A stretch of 64,000 nt of DNA. Source: Campylobacterota bacterium (GTDB taxonomy: Bacteria; Campylobacterota; Campylobacteria; Campylobacterales; Arcobacteraceae). This document shows positions 40,340 to 50,330 of this stretch, piece after piece. A model generated the notes under the pieces. That model ran no database searches, was not told the DNA's origin, and worked only from the letters and a program-made list of their open reading frames with translations. The translations under genes and the position numbers were made by a program. Every line of letters begins with the position of its first letter. Position 1 is the first letter of the stretch. The stretch is from the NCBI GenBank assembly GCA_051746405.1, contig JBNJFB010000008.1:1-64000 (forward strand), read 5' to 3'.

Positions 40340-41059
40340 CTATTTTAAATCATTTTTCCTATTTATGGCTTTTATTCTCATTTGAGAATATTTTGTATTT
40401 GCCTTTTTATACCATTTTATTGCTTCTTTATAGTCTTGGTTTACATAATAACCTTTTTCAAAAAAGTATCCAATCCATGACATTGAGTATCTACTACTGT
40501 TTAAACTTGCTTTTTTAAACCAAAAGTATGCTTGCTTATAATCTTTTTTTATTCCATAGCCATTTGCATATAAATAACCCAACTCAGACATACTAAATAT
40601 ATCATCTTTTAGTGCAGCAACTTTATATATTTCATAAGCTTTTTTGTAGTATCTTTTATTTTCGTGACCTTTTTTAAACTTATATGCTATCTCTCTTAAA
40701 AGTTTAGGTTCTATATGCTTTAGCTTATTTTCAAGTAGTTTAAAAAGCTCTTCATACTTTTTTTGCTTTATATATTTATCACTTATATAAATCACGGCAT
40801 CTTTACTTTTGGTTTTTTGAAGCTTTTTTAAGTAGCAAGCCTCTTTTTTCGCTGCATCAAAGTAGTCTTTACAAGCTATCTCTTTTTTGATATCTTGCTT
40901 TTTTATTTCTTCTTTCTTTATATCTTGCTTTTCTTGTTTTTCTTGTTTTTCTTGCTTTTGAGATATATTCTCTGACTTATCACTCTGTTTTTCAATACTA
41001 TTTTTACTACCACATGAAATCAAGAAAAAAGATATGAAAAAAACTATTAAATACTTCAT
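40340..41059 (-). CDS. Sel1-like repeat lipoprotein
   Basis: Lipobox LISC; LGYLYANGYGIKKDYKQAYFWFKKA Sel1 repeats; low-complexity linker. Confidence 0.85.
   Translation of the reverse strand: MKYLIVFFISFFLISCGSKNSIEKQSDKSENISQKQEKQEKQEKQDIKKEEIKKQDIKKEIACKDYFDAAKKEACYLKKLQKTKSKDAVIYISDKYIKQKKYEELFKLLENKLKHIEPKLLREIAYKFKKGHENKRYYKKAYEIYKVAALKDDIFSMSELGYLYANGYGIKKDYKQAYFWFKKASLNSSRYSMSWIGYFFEKGYYVNQDYKEAIKWYKKANTKYSQMRIKAINRKNDLK
40923..40958. repeat. In-frame 9-bp tandem repeat x4 (encodes KQE units) within a 30-bp-period duplication
   Basis: TCTTG(C/T)TTT four times; TATCTTGCTTTT recurs at 40891 and 40921. Confidence 0.8.
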
Positions 41060-41715
41060 TAATACTTCTCTATTAGTTCATTTATTATAACTGAAGTTAT
41101 TCCCCAAATCACATCACTATTATACTGATAAACCCAAACCTTATGTTTCTTGTTTCCCCATGGTTTATGATAGGTTTTTGGTAGTCCTAAATCCTCCACA
41201 GGAAAAAAAATCTCTTTGTTTCCATTTTCATCAATTTTATAAGGGTGAACTTCATGGGCTAGTGTATACTCTAAGGGTTCATGCTCTTTAAAAAAACTCA
41301 ATGGCACAAGAAAAGCATCCTCAACCTCATTTTTATCAAGAACCATATTTTTATAAGCTTTTTTCTTTACAAGCCCCACATATGGCTCAACAATAGCACC
41401 AATAGGAGCCACATAACTTCCAAGTTTCCCTATTATTTTTATATCTTTTTTTTCAATTCCTAACTCTTCTTGGGTCTCTCTAAGTGCTGTATGCTTAAAA
41501 CTTCTATCAACGCCTTTTTCAAACCTTCCGCCTGGAAAGCATATATCACCACCTTGTCTTATATGAGCAGCTCTTTTTTGAAAAAGCAAATAGTACTCTT
41601 TTTTTATTTTTACAAGTGGTATTAAAACAGCTGAGTTAAGTAGATTTCTTCTACCTAATATATCTGCTTTTTTTGATAGATTTTTTTTTAGAAGTTTTAG
41701 CTTTTTCTTTTTCAT
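41059..41715 (-). CDS. Nudix hydrolase, CoA pyrophosphatase (NudL-like)
   Basis: SAVLIPL, LFQKRA, ICFPGG...ALRETQEELG, VIWGIT. Confidence 0.9.
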   Translation of the reverse strand: MKKKKLKLLKKNLSKKADILGRRNLLNSAVLIPLVKIKKEYYLLFQKRAAHIRQGGDICFPGGRFEKGVDRSFKHTALRETQEELGIEKKDIKIIGKLGSYVAPIGAIVEPYVGLVKKKAYKNMVLDKNEVEDAFLVPLSFFKEHEPLEYTLAHEVHPYKIDENGNKEIFFPVEDLGLPKTYHKPWGNKKHKVWVYQYNSDVIWGITSVIINELIEKY

Positions 41716-41716
41716 T

Positions 41717-42985
41717 TTATTGCTCTTGTATATTTTCTATAGCTTCAATCATTGTATTTATAATCTTTTTTAAGTCATCTTCATCAATATTATATGCAAC
41801 AATAGAGTATATTAACTTACCAAAAGGTCTTATCCAAACTCCATTTTTCACACAATAGTCTTGAATTTGCTGTGCATAACTTGCATCATTTAGCTCTATA
41901 ACTCCTATTGCACCTATATTTCTTACACTATTTACCATCGGCAAGTCATTTGCTCTTTTTAATTTCTTTGTAAACATCTTTTCTATATCTGAAACTCTTT
42001 TTTCCCATGGAGTTTCAAGTAATAACTTAATACTCTCAATTGCAACACTACAAGCTAAAGGGTTAGCCATAAAAGTAGGTCCATGCATTAATAAGCCTAT
42101 TTTTGATTGGCTTATTGTTTTTGAAACTTTCTCTTTGGTAATCATTGCAGCCATGGTCATATATCCACCTGTTAATGCTTTTCCAACTGTCATAATATCA
42201 GGTTTTATATCTGCCCATTCACAAGCAAACATCTTACCTGTATGACCAAAACCTGTTGCTATTTCATCTGCTATTAGTAGTACATCATATTTATCACATA
42301 ACTCTCTTGCTTTTTGTAAAAACTTTGGATTATATATTCTCATTCCACCTGCACCTTGTACAATTGGTTCTAATATAAATCCTGCTAACTGTTCATGATA
42401 TTTTTCAAAATTCTCTTCAAGTTTTTCTATCTCTTCATCACAAGCAGCATCTAAACCAATTTGTGGTGTTGGCGTAAATATATGTTTTGGTAAGTAAGAG
42501 CCATAAATACTATGCATAGAGTTATTTGGGTCACATACACTCATTGCAGCTAATGTATCCCCATGGTAAGCATTTTGAAGTGCTAAAAACTTATACTTTT
42601 TTAGCCCCTTTGCTTCTTGATATTGAATAGCTGTTTTTAGTGCAACTTCTACTGAAACAGAACCACTATCACATAAAAAAACACTGTGTAAACCTGTCAA
42701 ATCAATAAGTAGTTTTGTTAATTCTGAAGCTTGTTCATGGGCTAATCCACCAAACATAATGTGAGGCATAATATCCACTTGTCTTTTAATAGCAGAGTTT
42801 AATCTTGTATTATTATATCCATGTATTGCACTCCACCATGAACTCATTCCATCTATTAACCTAGTTGAGTCTTCTAAGTATATTGAAGTTTTATTTGTAC
42901 TACTAACTGGCAAAATCTTAGTACTTGATGGCAATGAGTTATATGGGTGCCAAACATGTTTTTTATCTATTTCTAACCAATTCAA
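41717..42985 (-). CDS. bioA: Adenosylmethionine-8-amino-7-oxononanoate aminotransferase
   Basis: VWHPY, DGMSSWW, DSGSVSVEVALK, YHGDT, GKALTGG, HGPTFMANPLAC. Confidence 0.96.
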   Translation of the reverse strand: MNWLEIDKKHVWHPYNSLPSSTKILPVSSTNKTSIYLEDSTRLIDGMSSWWSAIHGYNNTRLNSAIKRQVDIMPHIMFGGLAHEQASELTKLLIDLTGLHSVFLCDSGSVSVEVALKTAIQYQEAKGLKKYKFLALQNAYHGDTLAAMSVCDPNNSMHSIYGSYLPKHIFTPTPQIGLDAACDEEIEKLEENFEKYHEQLAGFILEPIVQGAGGMRIYNPKFLQKARELCDKYDVLLIADEIATGFGHTGKMFACEWADIKPDIMTVGKALTGGYMTMAAMITKEKVSKTISQSKIGLLMHGPTFMANPLACSVAIESIKLLLETPWEKRVSDIEKMFTKKLKRANDLPMVNSVRNIGAIGVIELNDASYAQQIQDYCVKNGVWIRPFGKLIYSIVAYNIDEDDLKKIINTMIEAIENIQEQ

Positions 42986-43032
42986 AATATATCCTGCTTT
43001 ATAAATTTTTGTTAACTGATTGTATCTAAATA

Positions 43033-45633
43033 TTAATTATCTTCATATAATGTGATAGTTAGCTTAGCACCTTTATGTTTTTCATTTTCATATTCATATT
43101 TTTCATTATGTACTTCAATTAACCCATTCATATATTTTGTTATGATTTGATGACACATATAAAGACCTATTCCTGTACCTCTACTACTATGTTTTGTAGT
43201 AAAGTATGGTTCAAAAATCTTATCTAGATTTTTCTTTTTTATTCCTCCACCATTATCTAAAATCTCTATTTTAATTGCATCTTCAACTTTCTTAACTGTA
43301 ATAAAAATATATCTTTTATCTTTGTTATTTTGTATTAAAATATCCCTTGCATTATTTAAGATATTTATAAGTGCTTGTATAAGCTCAGTTTCATGACCAT
43401 ATATTTCAATATATTCTAAATCTTTTATAATTTTAATATTTTCTTGCGAAAATTTTACATTTAAAAGGTTTAGAGTTTTCTCTAATGTATTAGATATTTC
43501 AAATACCTCTTTTTCTTGCTTTGGTTTAAAAAAGTATCTAAAATCATCAATAGTTGATGATAAATAGTTTGCAGAGTTTACTATAGAATCAACAGACTCA
43601 TAGAAGAATTTATCTTCTAAAGTACCAAACTCTTTTTTGATTTTCATACCACTTGCAACAGTGCTTATAAGAGAAAGAGGCTGTCTCCATTGATGTGCAA
43701 TATTCTCTATCATCTCACTTAATGAAATCATTTTAGACTGTCTTGCTATGAGCCTATCTTTTTTTAGATTTTTTTCTACCTCTTCTTTTACTCTTTTTTC
43801 TAAACTATCATTTATTTTTTGTAACTCTTGAGTTTTTTGCTTAACTTTTTCATTTAAACTATTATTTAATCTATTTAAAAATCTTTGTCTATAAAGCAAA
43901 ATTGCAATCACAATAGAGATAACAACTATAATATTAATTAGTAAGCTATAATCAAACTCTTTTTTATGCTCCACATGAACCCATCTATTTGATAGATTCT
44001 CTATCTCGTCTGAATTTATTGATTTAACTACTTTTTCTAATATATTATGAAGTATTTCATCACTGCTTCGTACAGCCATACTCACATCAATTTTCTCATC
44101 AAATTTTCCTGATATTTTTAGTATTGATAAATAGTTGTTTTGAAGTGCATACCATGCTGTACCCATTGTAGTTATATAACCATACAACTCTTTATTTTCT
44201 ACTTTTTGTAAGCCTTTATTTAAATCATCAAACTCAATAATCTCTATATTTGGATACTTTTTAGATAGGGTTTTCTTTAGTGAAACACCTTTTGTAATAC
44301 CAATTTTAACTTTCTTTAGGTTTTTAAAATCCTCAACAAATGGCTTATCATATCTAGTAACTAAAACTGATGATAAAGAGATATATTTACTAGTAAAGTT
44401 TAAAAACTTCTTTCTATCTTTTGTCATTTGTACCATTGGCAAGATATCACACTGCAACTTCTTGATTTTTTGCAAAGACTCATCCCATGTATTTGTAGGT
44501 TCAAGAACAAACTTTAAATCTATTTTATCCTCAATGAGTTTTAAAAAATCAGTAACTAAACCTTTCATTTGGCCATTTTTTATAGAGCTATATGGCATTG
44601 AGTTAGGAAATATACAAGTTTTTACAAACTCTTTTTTGCTTAAATACTCTTTTTGTACTTGTGTTAATTTAAACTCATTTTGTTTTTTTTGAGAATACAC
44701 AAAGTCATCATATTCTACTTTGTTTTTAGTTACTCCCATTACATTATAAAGATCATATATTCTTTGAATTTTCTCTTTTCTTATTTTACCAAGCTCATTA
44801 GTATCATAAAAAGATAGTTTTTTTAACTCTTTTGCTTCATATAAAAGCTCTTCTTTTGATAGATTTTGAGTATTATAATTATTATAGATATAATCAACTG
44901 TTTCATGTATATTATTATATGCATATCTCCAACCTTTCAAAGATGCTTCTTTAAAAGCAAGTACAGTATCTATATTATTATTTATCATCGTTTTATTAGT
45001 ATAAAGCATATCACTATACATATCAAAACCATAGGTTTTTGGATCAAATATATTATACTCTATTCCCATTTGCTGTAATTCAAAAGGAGATTTTGATATA
45101 TATGCTGATATAACATCTGTTTTATTATCTACTAAATCTTTGATGTTATGAGTGTGTTTTAAGAAATCCATCTGCTCATAGTTTATATTTCTTGATTTTA
45201 TCATAGCCTTTATTGATACTTCACTTGCATCATCAGCTGTGGTCATTATTTTTCTATTTTTAAAATCTTCAACTTTTGTAATACCTGAATCTTTAGTGCT
45301 TAGTAATATTAAAGGCGAGGATTGAAAAATAGCATAAAGTGCAACGATATCTTCACCATTTGATTTATCAAGTATAAGTGTTTCCCTACCAACAGCAAAG
45401 TTATATTTTCCATTGCTTACATCATTTGGTATATTTAAGCCAAACTTGAAAGGGTTTATCTTAACATCTAAACCCTTTTTTTTATAAAAACCCTTTTTCT
45501 TAGCCATATAATAACCAGCAAACTGAAACTGGTCAAACCAAGATAGTTGAAGTGTTACTTTTTTTAACTCATTTGCCCATAGCACATTAAAAAATATAAA
45601 AGGAATGATTAATAATATTCTAAGATTAGACAT
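43033..45633 (-). CDS. Sensor histidine kinase with NMT1/THI5-like and SBP family 3 periplasmic domains
   Basis: LQLSWFDQFQFAGYYMA (THI5-like), second PBP domain, TM, IAHQWRQPL H-box, NNARD, DNGGGI, FEPYFTTK, GTGIGL. Confidence 0.9.
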   Translation of the reverse strand: MSNLRILLIIPFIFFNVLWANELKKVTLQLSWFDQFQFAGYYMAKKKGFYKKKGLDVKINPFKFGLNIPNDVSNGKYNFAVGRETLILDKSNGEDIVALYAIFQSSPLILLSTKDSGITKVEDFKNRKIMTTADDASEVSIKAMIKSRNINYEQMDFLKHTHNIKDLVDNKTDVISAYISKSPFELQQMGIEYNIFDPKTYGFDMYSDMLYTNKTMINNNIDTVLAFKEASLKGWRYAYNNIHETVDYIYNNYNTQNLSKEELLYEAKELKKLSFYDTNELGKIRKEKIQRIYDLYNVMGVTKNKVEYDDFVYSQKKQNEFKLTQVQKEYLSKKEFVKTCIFPNSMPYSSIKNGQMKGLVTDFLKLIEDKIDLKFVLEPTNTWDESLQKIKKLQCDILPMVQMTKDRKKFLNFTSKYISLSSVLVTRYDKPFVEDFKNLKKVKIGITKGVSLKKTLSKKYPNIEIIEFDDLNKGLQKVENKELYGYITTMGTAWYALQNNYLSILKISGKFDEKIDVSMAVRSSDEILHNILEKVVKSINSDEIENLSNRWVHVEHKKEFDYSLLINIIVVISIVIAILLYRQRFLNRLNNSLNEKVKQKTQELQKINDSLEKRVKEEVEKNLKKDRLIARQSKMISLSEMIENIAHQWRQPLSLISTVASGMKIKKEFGTLEDKFFYESVDSIVNSANYLSSTIDDFRYFFKPKQEKEVFEISNTLEKTLNLLNVKFSQENIKIIKDLEYIEIYGHETELIQALINILNNARDILIQNNKDKRYIFITVKKVEDAIKIEILDNGGGIKKKNLDKIFEPYFTTKHSSRGTGIGLYMCHQIITKYMNGLIEVHNEKYEYENEKHKGAKLTITLYEDN

Positions 45634-45664
45634 CTATCTCTCCAAAAGAGTTAATTGAACTCAT

Positions 45665-45985
45665 CTACTCATCACTATATACACATACATTAAAATCTTC
45701 TACCAAACCATTTTCATCTATACAATGTTTTTGAAAAAAATCTTTAATATACGGCTTTTCACAATGTAACTCAAAAGCCTCTTTTGATTCCCATATTTCA
45801 TTAAATACAAGGGGAAAGCTGCTTCCCATTGCATTTTTATGTTCAAAATGTTTTGTAACAATATACTGAATACAACCATCTTCTGTGTTTGTTTGAGGCT
45901 CCAAAGCTTTCAAAACTTCAAATAACTCTTTTAATTTATCTTGCTTTGGCTTAAAAGACGCGATACAGTAAACTTTTTTTGACAT
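45665..45985 (-). CDS. ABM-family (putative quinol monooxygenase) protein
   Basis: EDGCIQY, EIWESKEAFELH motifs. Confidence 0.8.
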   Translation of the reverse strand: MSKKVYCIASFKPKQDKLKELFEVLKALEPQTNTEDGCIQYIVTKHFEHKNAMGSSFPLVFNEIWESKEAFELHCEKPYIKDFFQKHCIDENGLVEDFNVCVYSDE

Positions 45986-46058
45986 TTCTTTTCCTTAAAA
46001 TAAAAAACATTTATTGATATATTTTATCTAAGGGATACTTAAATATCGACAACTTTTA

Positions 46059-46802
46059 TTAACTTTTTGGTGTAAAAAGCTTACCTAATTCACTTCCAAA
46101 AGGAAAAACTATTGTATTAGTTTTATCACTTGAAATATCAGTTAGTGTTTGCAGATATCTTAGTTGTAAACCTTGAGGATTTTTTGCTAAAACATTTGCA
46201 GCTTCTAGTAAATTTTGACTAGCTTCAAGTTCACCTTTTGAGTTAATAACCTTAGCTCTTCTTTGACGCTCAGCTTCTGCTTGTTTTGCGATAGCTCTTA
46301 TCATACTTTCGTCTAAATCAATATGTTTTATCTCCACATTTGAGATTTTTATCCCCCATGCATCAGTTTGTTTATCAAGTATCTCTTGAATATCCTCATT
46401 TAACTTCTCACGCTCTGCTAGCATTTCATCAAGCTCATGTCCACCTAAAACTGATCTTAGAGTAGTTTGTGCAAGCTGTGAAGTTGCATCATTAAAACTC
46501 TCAACTTGAATAATCGCTTTTTCAGGGTCAATTATTCTGTAATAAACTACTGCATTTACATTTACAGATACATTATCATGGGAAATCACATCTTGTGATG
46601 GTACATCAAGTACAACAGTTCTTAAATCAGCTTTTTCCATCTTTTGAATAAAAGGAATAACTATAATCAGTCCAGGTCCTTTAATACCTGTAAATCTTCC
46701 TAAGGTGAAAATAACACCCCTTTCATACTCTTTTAGAATTCTTATAGATGCTGCAAGTATTGCAATAATTATAAAAACAATATATATTCCTGTCATAAAC
46801 AT
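46059..46802 (-). CDS. SPFH/stomatin-like (slipin) protein
   Basis: [43 protein letters not shown]. Confidence 0.95.
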   Translation of the reverse strand: MFMTGIYIVFIIIAILAASIRILKEYERGVIFTLGRFTGIKGPGLIIVIPFIQKMEKADLRTVVLDVPSQDVISHDNVSVNVNAVVYYRIIDPEKAIIQVESFNDATSQLAQTTLRSVLGGHELDEMLAEREKLNEDIQEILDKQTDAWGIKISNVEIKHIDLDESMIRAIAKQAEAERQRRAKVINSKGELEASQNLLEAANVLAKNPQGLQLRYLQTLTDISSDKTNTIVFPFGSELGKLFTPKS

Positions 46803-46805
46803 TTT

Positions 46806-48080
46806 TTACTCCTTTTTTGGTTTAATATGAAGTGTTAAGCCATCAATTGAATCTACAATGACTTCTTTTCCTTCTTGAATATCTTCTTTACTTTTGGCAT
46901 TCCAAACCTCTGAATGCAAGGCAACTTTATAAGTGTCATCTTGTTTTTTTACAACCCTTGCAACAGCTCCTATCATCTCATCAACTCCTGTTTTAGCTTT
47001 TTGTTTTCTATTTGTAATAATTACTTTTAGCAAATAAATAAAAATAGCTGCACTTACCAACGCAAACGCTGCAATTAGTGCCAAAGATATATCAACACCC
47101 AACGTTTTTTCATCAAAAAGTATCAATGAGCCAAATACAAATGCAACAACTCCACCAATACCAAGTATTCCAAAACCGACTATAAATACTTCTGAAATCA
47201 TTAAAATCACACCAATTAAAATCAAAAGTAATCCAGCAGTTTCAAAAGGCAAGATATTAAGTGCGTATAGTGCTAATGCACCACTTATTAGACCTGTAAC
47301 ACCTGGGAAAATAGAACCTGGATTCATCAACTCAAAGAAGATACCATATATAGCTAAAAGCATTAAAGCATAAGCAATATTTGGATTGGAAAGATAAGAT
47401 AGTAGCTCTATTTTAAAGCCCTCTTCAACAGTTTGTATATCCATATCTTTTGTATTAAGCTTAACTATTTGTCCATCAACTTTTACTTCAAATCCATCTA
47501 ATTTTTTCAAAAGTGAGTCTAAATCATCTGCTACAAAATCAATAACACCAAGATTAAGTGCTTTTTGTGAATCAATACTTGCACCTTTACTAACACTTTT
47601 TTTTGCCCATTTCACATCTCTTTTGCGAAGTTTTGCCAAACTCTCTATGTATGCACTTGCATCATTTATAGCCTTTGTTTGCATAGGTGATGAAGTACTG
47701 TTTTCACTCTTCATAGGAGCTATTTTTACAGGAGTAGCAGCACCCACATTAGTACCTTGACTCATCGCTGCAATATGTGAAGCGTATAAAATATACGTAC
47801 CCGCACTAGCAGCCCTTGAGCCTTTTGGGGATACATATACAACAATAGGTATTTTAGAGTTTAAAATTTGTGAAACAGTATCTCGTGTAGAAGAGAGTAA
47901 ACCTCCTGGAGTGTTTAATTCAAAAATTATAAGTTTTGAATTTTGTTTATTAGCTTGGGAAATAGACTTCTTGACAAAAGCATTACTTGCAGGATTAATA
48001 GCCCCATCATAAGAAAAATAAGTAATATTTGAAGCAAAAATAGTAAGATTTAAAATAAAAAATAAAAAAAGCAATCGCAT
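46806..48080 (-). CDS. Long-form NfeD membrane serine protease (stomatin operon partner)
   Basis: LNTPGG, RAASAGTYI, NVGAATPV, TM domain, C-terminal OB fold (EVWNA). Confidence 0.92.
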   Translation of the reverse strand: MRLLFLFFILNLTIFASNITYFSYDGAINPASNAFVKKSISQANKQNSKLIIFELNTPGGLLSSTRDTVSQILNSKIPIVVYVSPKGSRAASAGTYILYASHIAAMSQGTNVGAATPVKIAPMKSENSTSSPMQTKAINDASAYIESLAKLRKRDVKWAKKSVSKGASIDSQKALNLGVIDFVADDLDSLLKKLDGFEVKVDGQIVKLNTKDMDIQTVEEGFKIELLSYLSNPNIAYALMLLAIYGIFFELMNPGSIFPGVTGLISGALALYALNILPFETAGLLLILIGVILMISEVFIVGFGILGIGGVVAFVFGSLILFDEKTLGVDISLALIAAFALVSAAIFIYLLKVIITNRKQKAKTGVDEMIGAVARVVKKQDDTYKVALHSEVWNAKSKEDIQEGKEVIVDSIDGLTLHIKPKKE

Positions 48081-48232
48081 GATAAACCCCTTTGTTCTAT
48101 TATCATACCCACTATATATTTTAAGTCAAGTATTTTAGCAAAACTACTTGATTCTAACTTATTATCTATTATTTGGTAGAATATCTCAAAAATTAAGGAT
48201 ATTTTATCGAACTAATACTACTTTTTCTTTTA

Positions 48233-48718
48233 ATGATTGTACAAGTTGTTATTCCTCCCATTCCAGCAGAGGTTATAGTAATAGGAAGTGGAAAACTATA
48301 TGGTATTTGGACTACAACACTAGTAGCAGGAAGTGGACTTTTTGCAGGGGGTGTACTTGTATACTTTTTTGGTAGAGCAATAGAAAAAAAGTTTCATACT
48401 ACCTTTGAAAAAGAGAAAGTCGCAAAAGTTATTAAAAGACTTCGTGAAGTAGAGACATTTATACTACTTATTCGTATCTTGCCATATAATCCATCTGACA
48501 TAATCTCTTATGCAGCGGGAATTATAAAAATTGATATTAAAAAATATATCACAATAACTTTTTTTGTATCTTTTGGAAGGTCATTTCTATTAGCATATTT
48601 TGGAAGTTATATTGAAGATGCAAAAACACTTTTTATAATCTTTGGTATTTTACTTCTATCAGCTGCAATAGGTTGGTTTTTTGTTTTTAAAAAATCCAAA
48701 AAAAACCCGAAATATTAA
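48233..48718 (+). CDS. DedA/VTT (TVP38/TMEM64) family membrane protein
   Basis: QVVIPPIPAE, LIRILP..PSDIISYAAG; may start upstream at ATC 48206. Confidence 0.85.
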   Translation: MIVQVVIPPIPAEVIVIGSGKLYGIWTTTLVAGSGLFAGGVLVYFFGRAIEKKFHTTFEKEKVAKVIKRLREVETFILLIRILPYNPSDIISYAAGIIKIDIKKYITITFFVSFGRSFLLAYFGSYIEDAKTLFIIFGILLLSAAIGWFFVFKKSKKNPKY

Positions 48719-48750
48719 GCTTATACTTAAAACAGTTTCGGGCTTTGGTT

Positions 48751-50283
48751 TTAGTGTAAGAAGTGTCTTTTCCCTGAGAAGTATAAAGCCATATCATACT
48801 CATTTGCAGCTTCTATAATCTCATCATCTCTGATGCTTCCACCTGGTTCAATTACACATTTAACACCTGCTTCTTGTGCAGCGTCAATACTATCTCTAAA
48901 TGGGAAGAATGCTTCACTAGCAAGAACTGAACCACTTACATCAAGTCCTAAATCCTGGGCTTTTCTTAATGCTGCTTTTGCTGCATCAACTCTACTTGTC
49001 ATACCCATACCAACAGCTACCATTGCAGAGTTTTTCACATAAACCACACAGTTTGATTTAGTAAAAGATGCAACTTTGTAAGCTATCTCCATATCTTTTT
49101 TCTCTTGATTCGTAGCTTCTCTTTTTGATTTTAATTCACTGTTTTTAACCTCATCATCTTCTACTTTATCAGCATCTTGATATACAAATCCACCATCAAC
49201 AATTTTGAAGTTGATATCATCATTTGCAAGTTCTAGCTTTTTTGTACCTTGCTTAAATAGTTTAATTCTTTTTTTCTTATTTAACTCTTGTTCAGCCTCT
49301 ACTGTAAAGTCAGCTGCAAAAACAACTTCTAAGAAAATCTCATTCATCTTTACAGCTAAATCTAAATCAACCACACCATTAACTGCAACAACTCCACCAA
49401 ATGCTGATATTGGGTCACACTTTAGTGCTTGCGTATAAGACTCTAATAGTGTATCTTTAATAGCAAAACCACATGGGTTTCCATGCTTTACAATACAAAC
49501 AGCATTATCATCACCAAAGGCACTTGCTATTTTTGCTGCACCACTTATATCACCCATATTATTAAAAGAGGCTTCACCTTTTAATGGAATAAACTTATTT
49601 GACAAGTGATTATCAAACTCATACAGTGCACCCTTTTGGTGAGGGTTTTCTCCATATCTAGTATCAAATACTTTTTGTCCAACAATAAACTGTTTTTCAC
49701 CCATTCCACCATTGAATCTTTTATTCATATAGTTTGCAATCATTGAATCATACGCAGCTGTATGCTCATATGCTTTTATCATCATATCTCTTCTAAACTC
49801 AACTGTATTTGTATCGTTTTTAAGATTATTTAATACCTCATCATAATCTGCAACATCAGTTACGATTATTACAGAGTCATGATTTTTAGCAGCACTTCTA
49901 ACCATAGCAGGACCACCAATATCAATATTTTCAATAATCTCTTCAAATTCATCAGTTTTTTCAATTGTAGCTTTAAATGGATATAGATTTACACATACTA
50001 AATCAATTCCTTCAACACCTAACTCTTTTGCTTGGTCAAGATGTGATTGTTTATCTCTTCTATGTAAAATACCACCGTGAATATATGGATTTAAAGTTTT
50101 TACTCTTCCTTCAAAGCACTCAGGGAACTTAGTAACTTCATTTGCTTCTATTACTTCAATTCCAGCTTCTTGTAGCTTTTTATAGGTACCACCTGTTGAG
50201 ATAATTTCATATCCTAAAGATACTAACTCTTTAGCAAAATTTTCAACACCACTTTTATCACTTACAGAAATTAACGCTCTCAT
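48751..50283 (-). CDS. purH: AICAR transformylase/IMP cyclohydrolase
   Basis: [35 protein letters not shown]. Confidence 0.98.
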   Translation of the reverse strand: MRALISVSDKSGVENFAKELVSLGYEIISTGGTYKKLQEAGIEVIEANEVTKFPECFEGRVKTLNPYIHGGILHRRDKQSHLDQAKELGVEGIDLVCVNLYPFKATIEKTDEFEEIIENIDIGGPAMVRSAAKNHDSVIIVTDVADYDEVLNNLKNDTNTVEFRRDMMIKAYEHTAAYDSMIANYMNKRFNGGMGEKQFIVGQKVFDTRYGENPHQKGALYEFDNHLSNKFIPLKGEASFNNMGDISGAAKIASAFGDDNAVCIVKHGNPCGFAIKDTLLESYTQALKCDPISAFGGVVAVNGVVDLDLAVKMNEIFLEVVFAADFTVEAEQELNKKKRIKLFKQGTKKLELANDDINFKIVDGGFVYQDADKVEDDEVKNSELKSKREATNQEKKDMEIAYKVASFTKSNCVVYVKNSAMVAVGMGMTSRVDAAKAALRKAQDLGLDVSGSVLASEAFFPFRDSIDAAQEAGVKCVIEPGGSIRDDEIIEAANEYDMALYFSGKRHFLH

Positions 50284-50330
50284 TTATTATACTTCCTTGT
50301 TTCTATGCTTATATGTTTGTATGTTTATAT

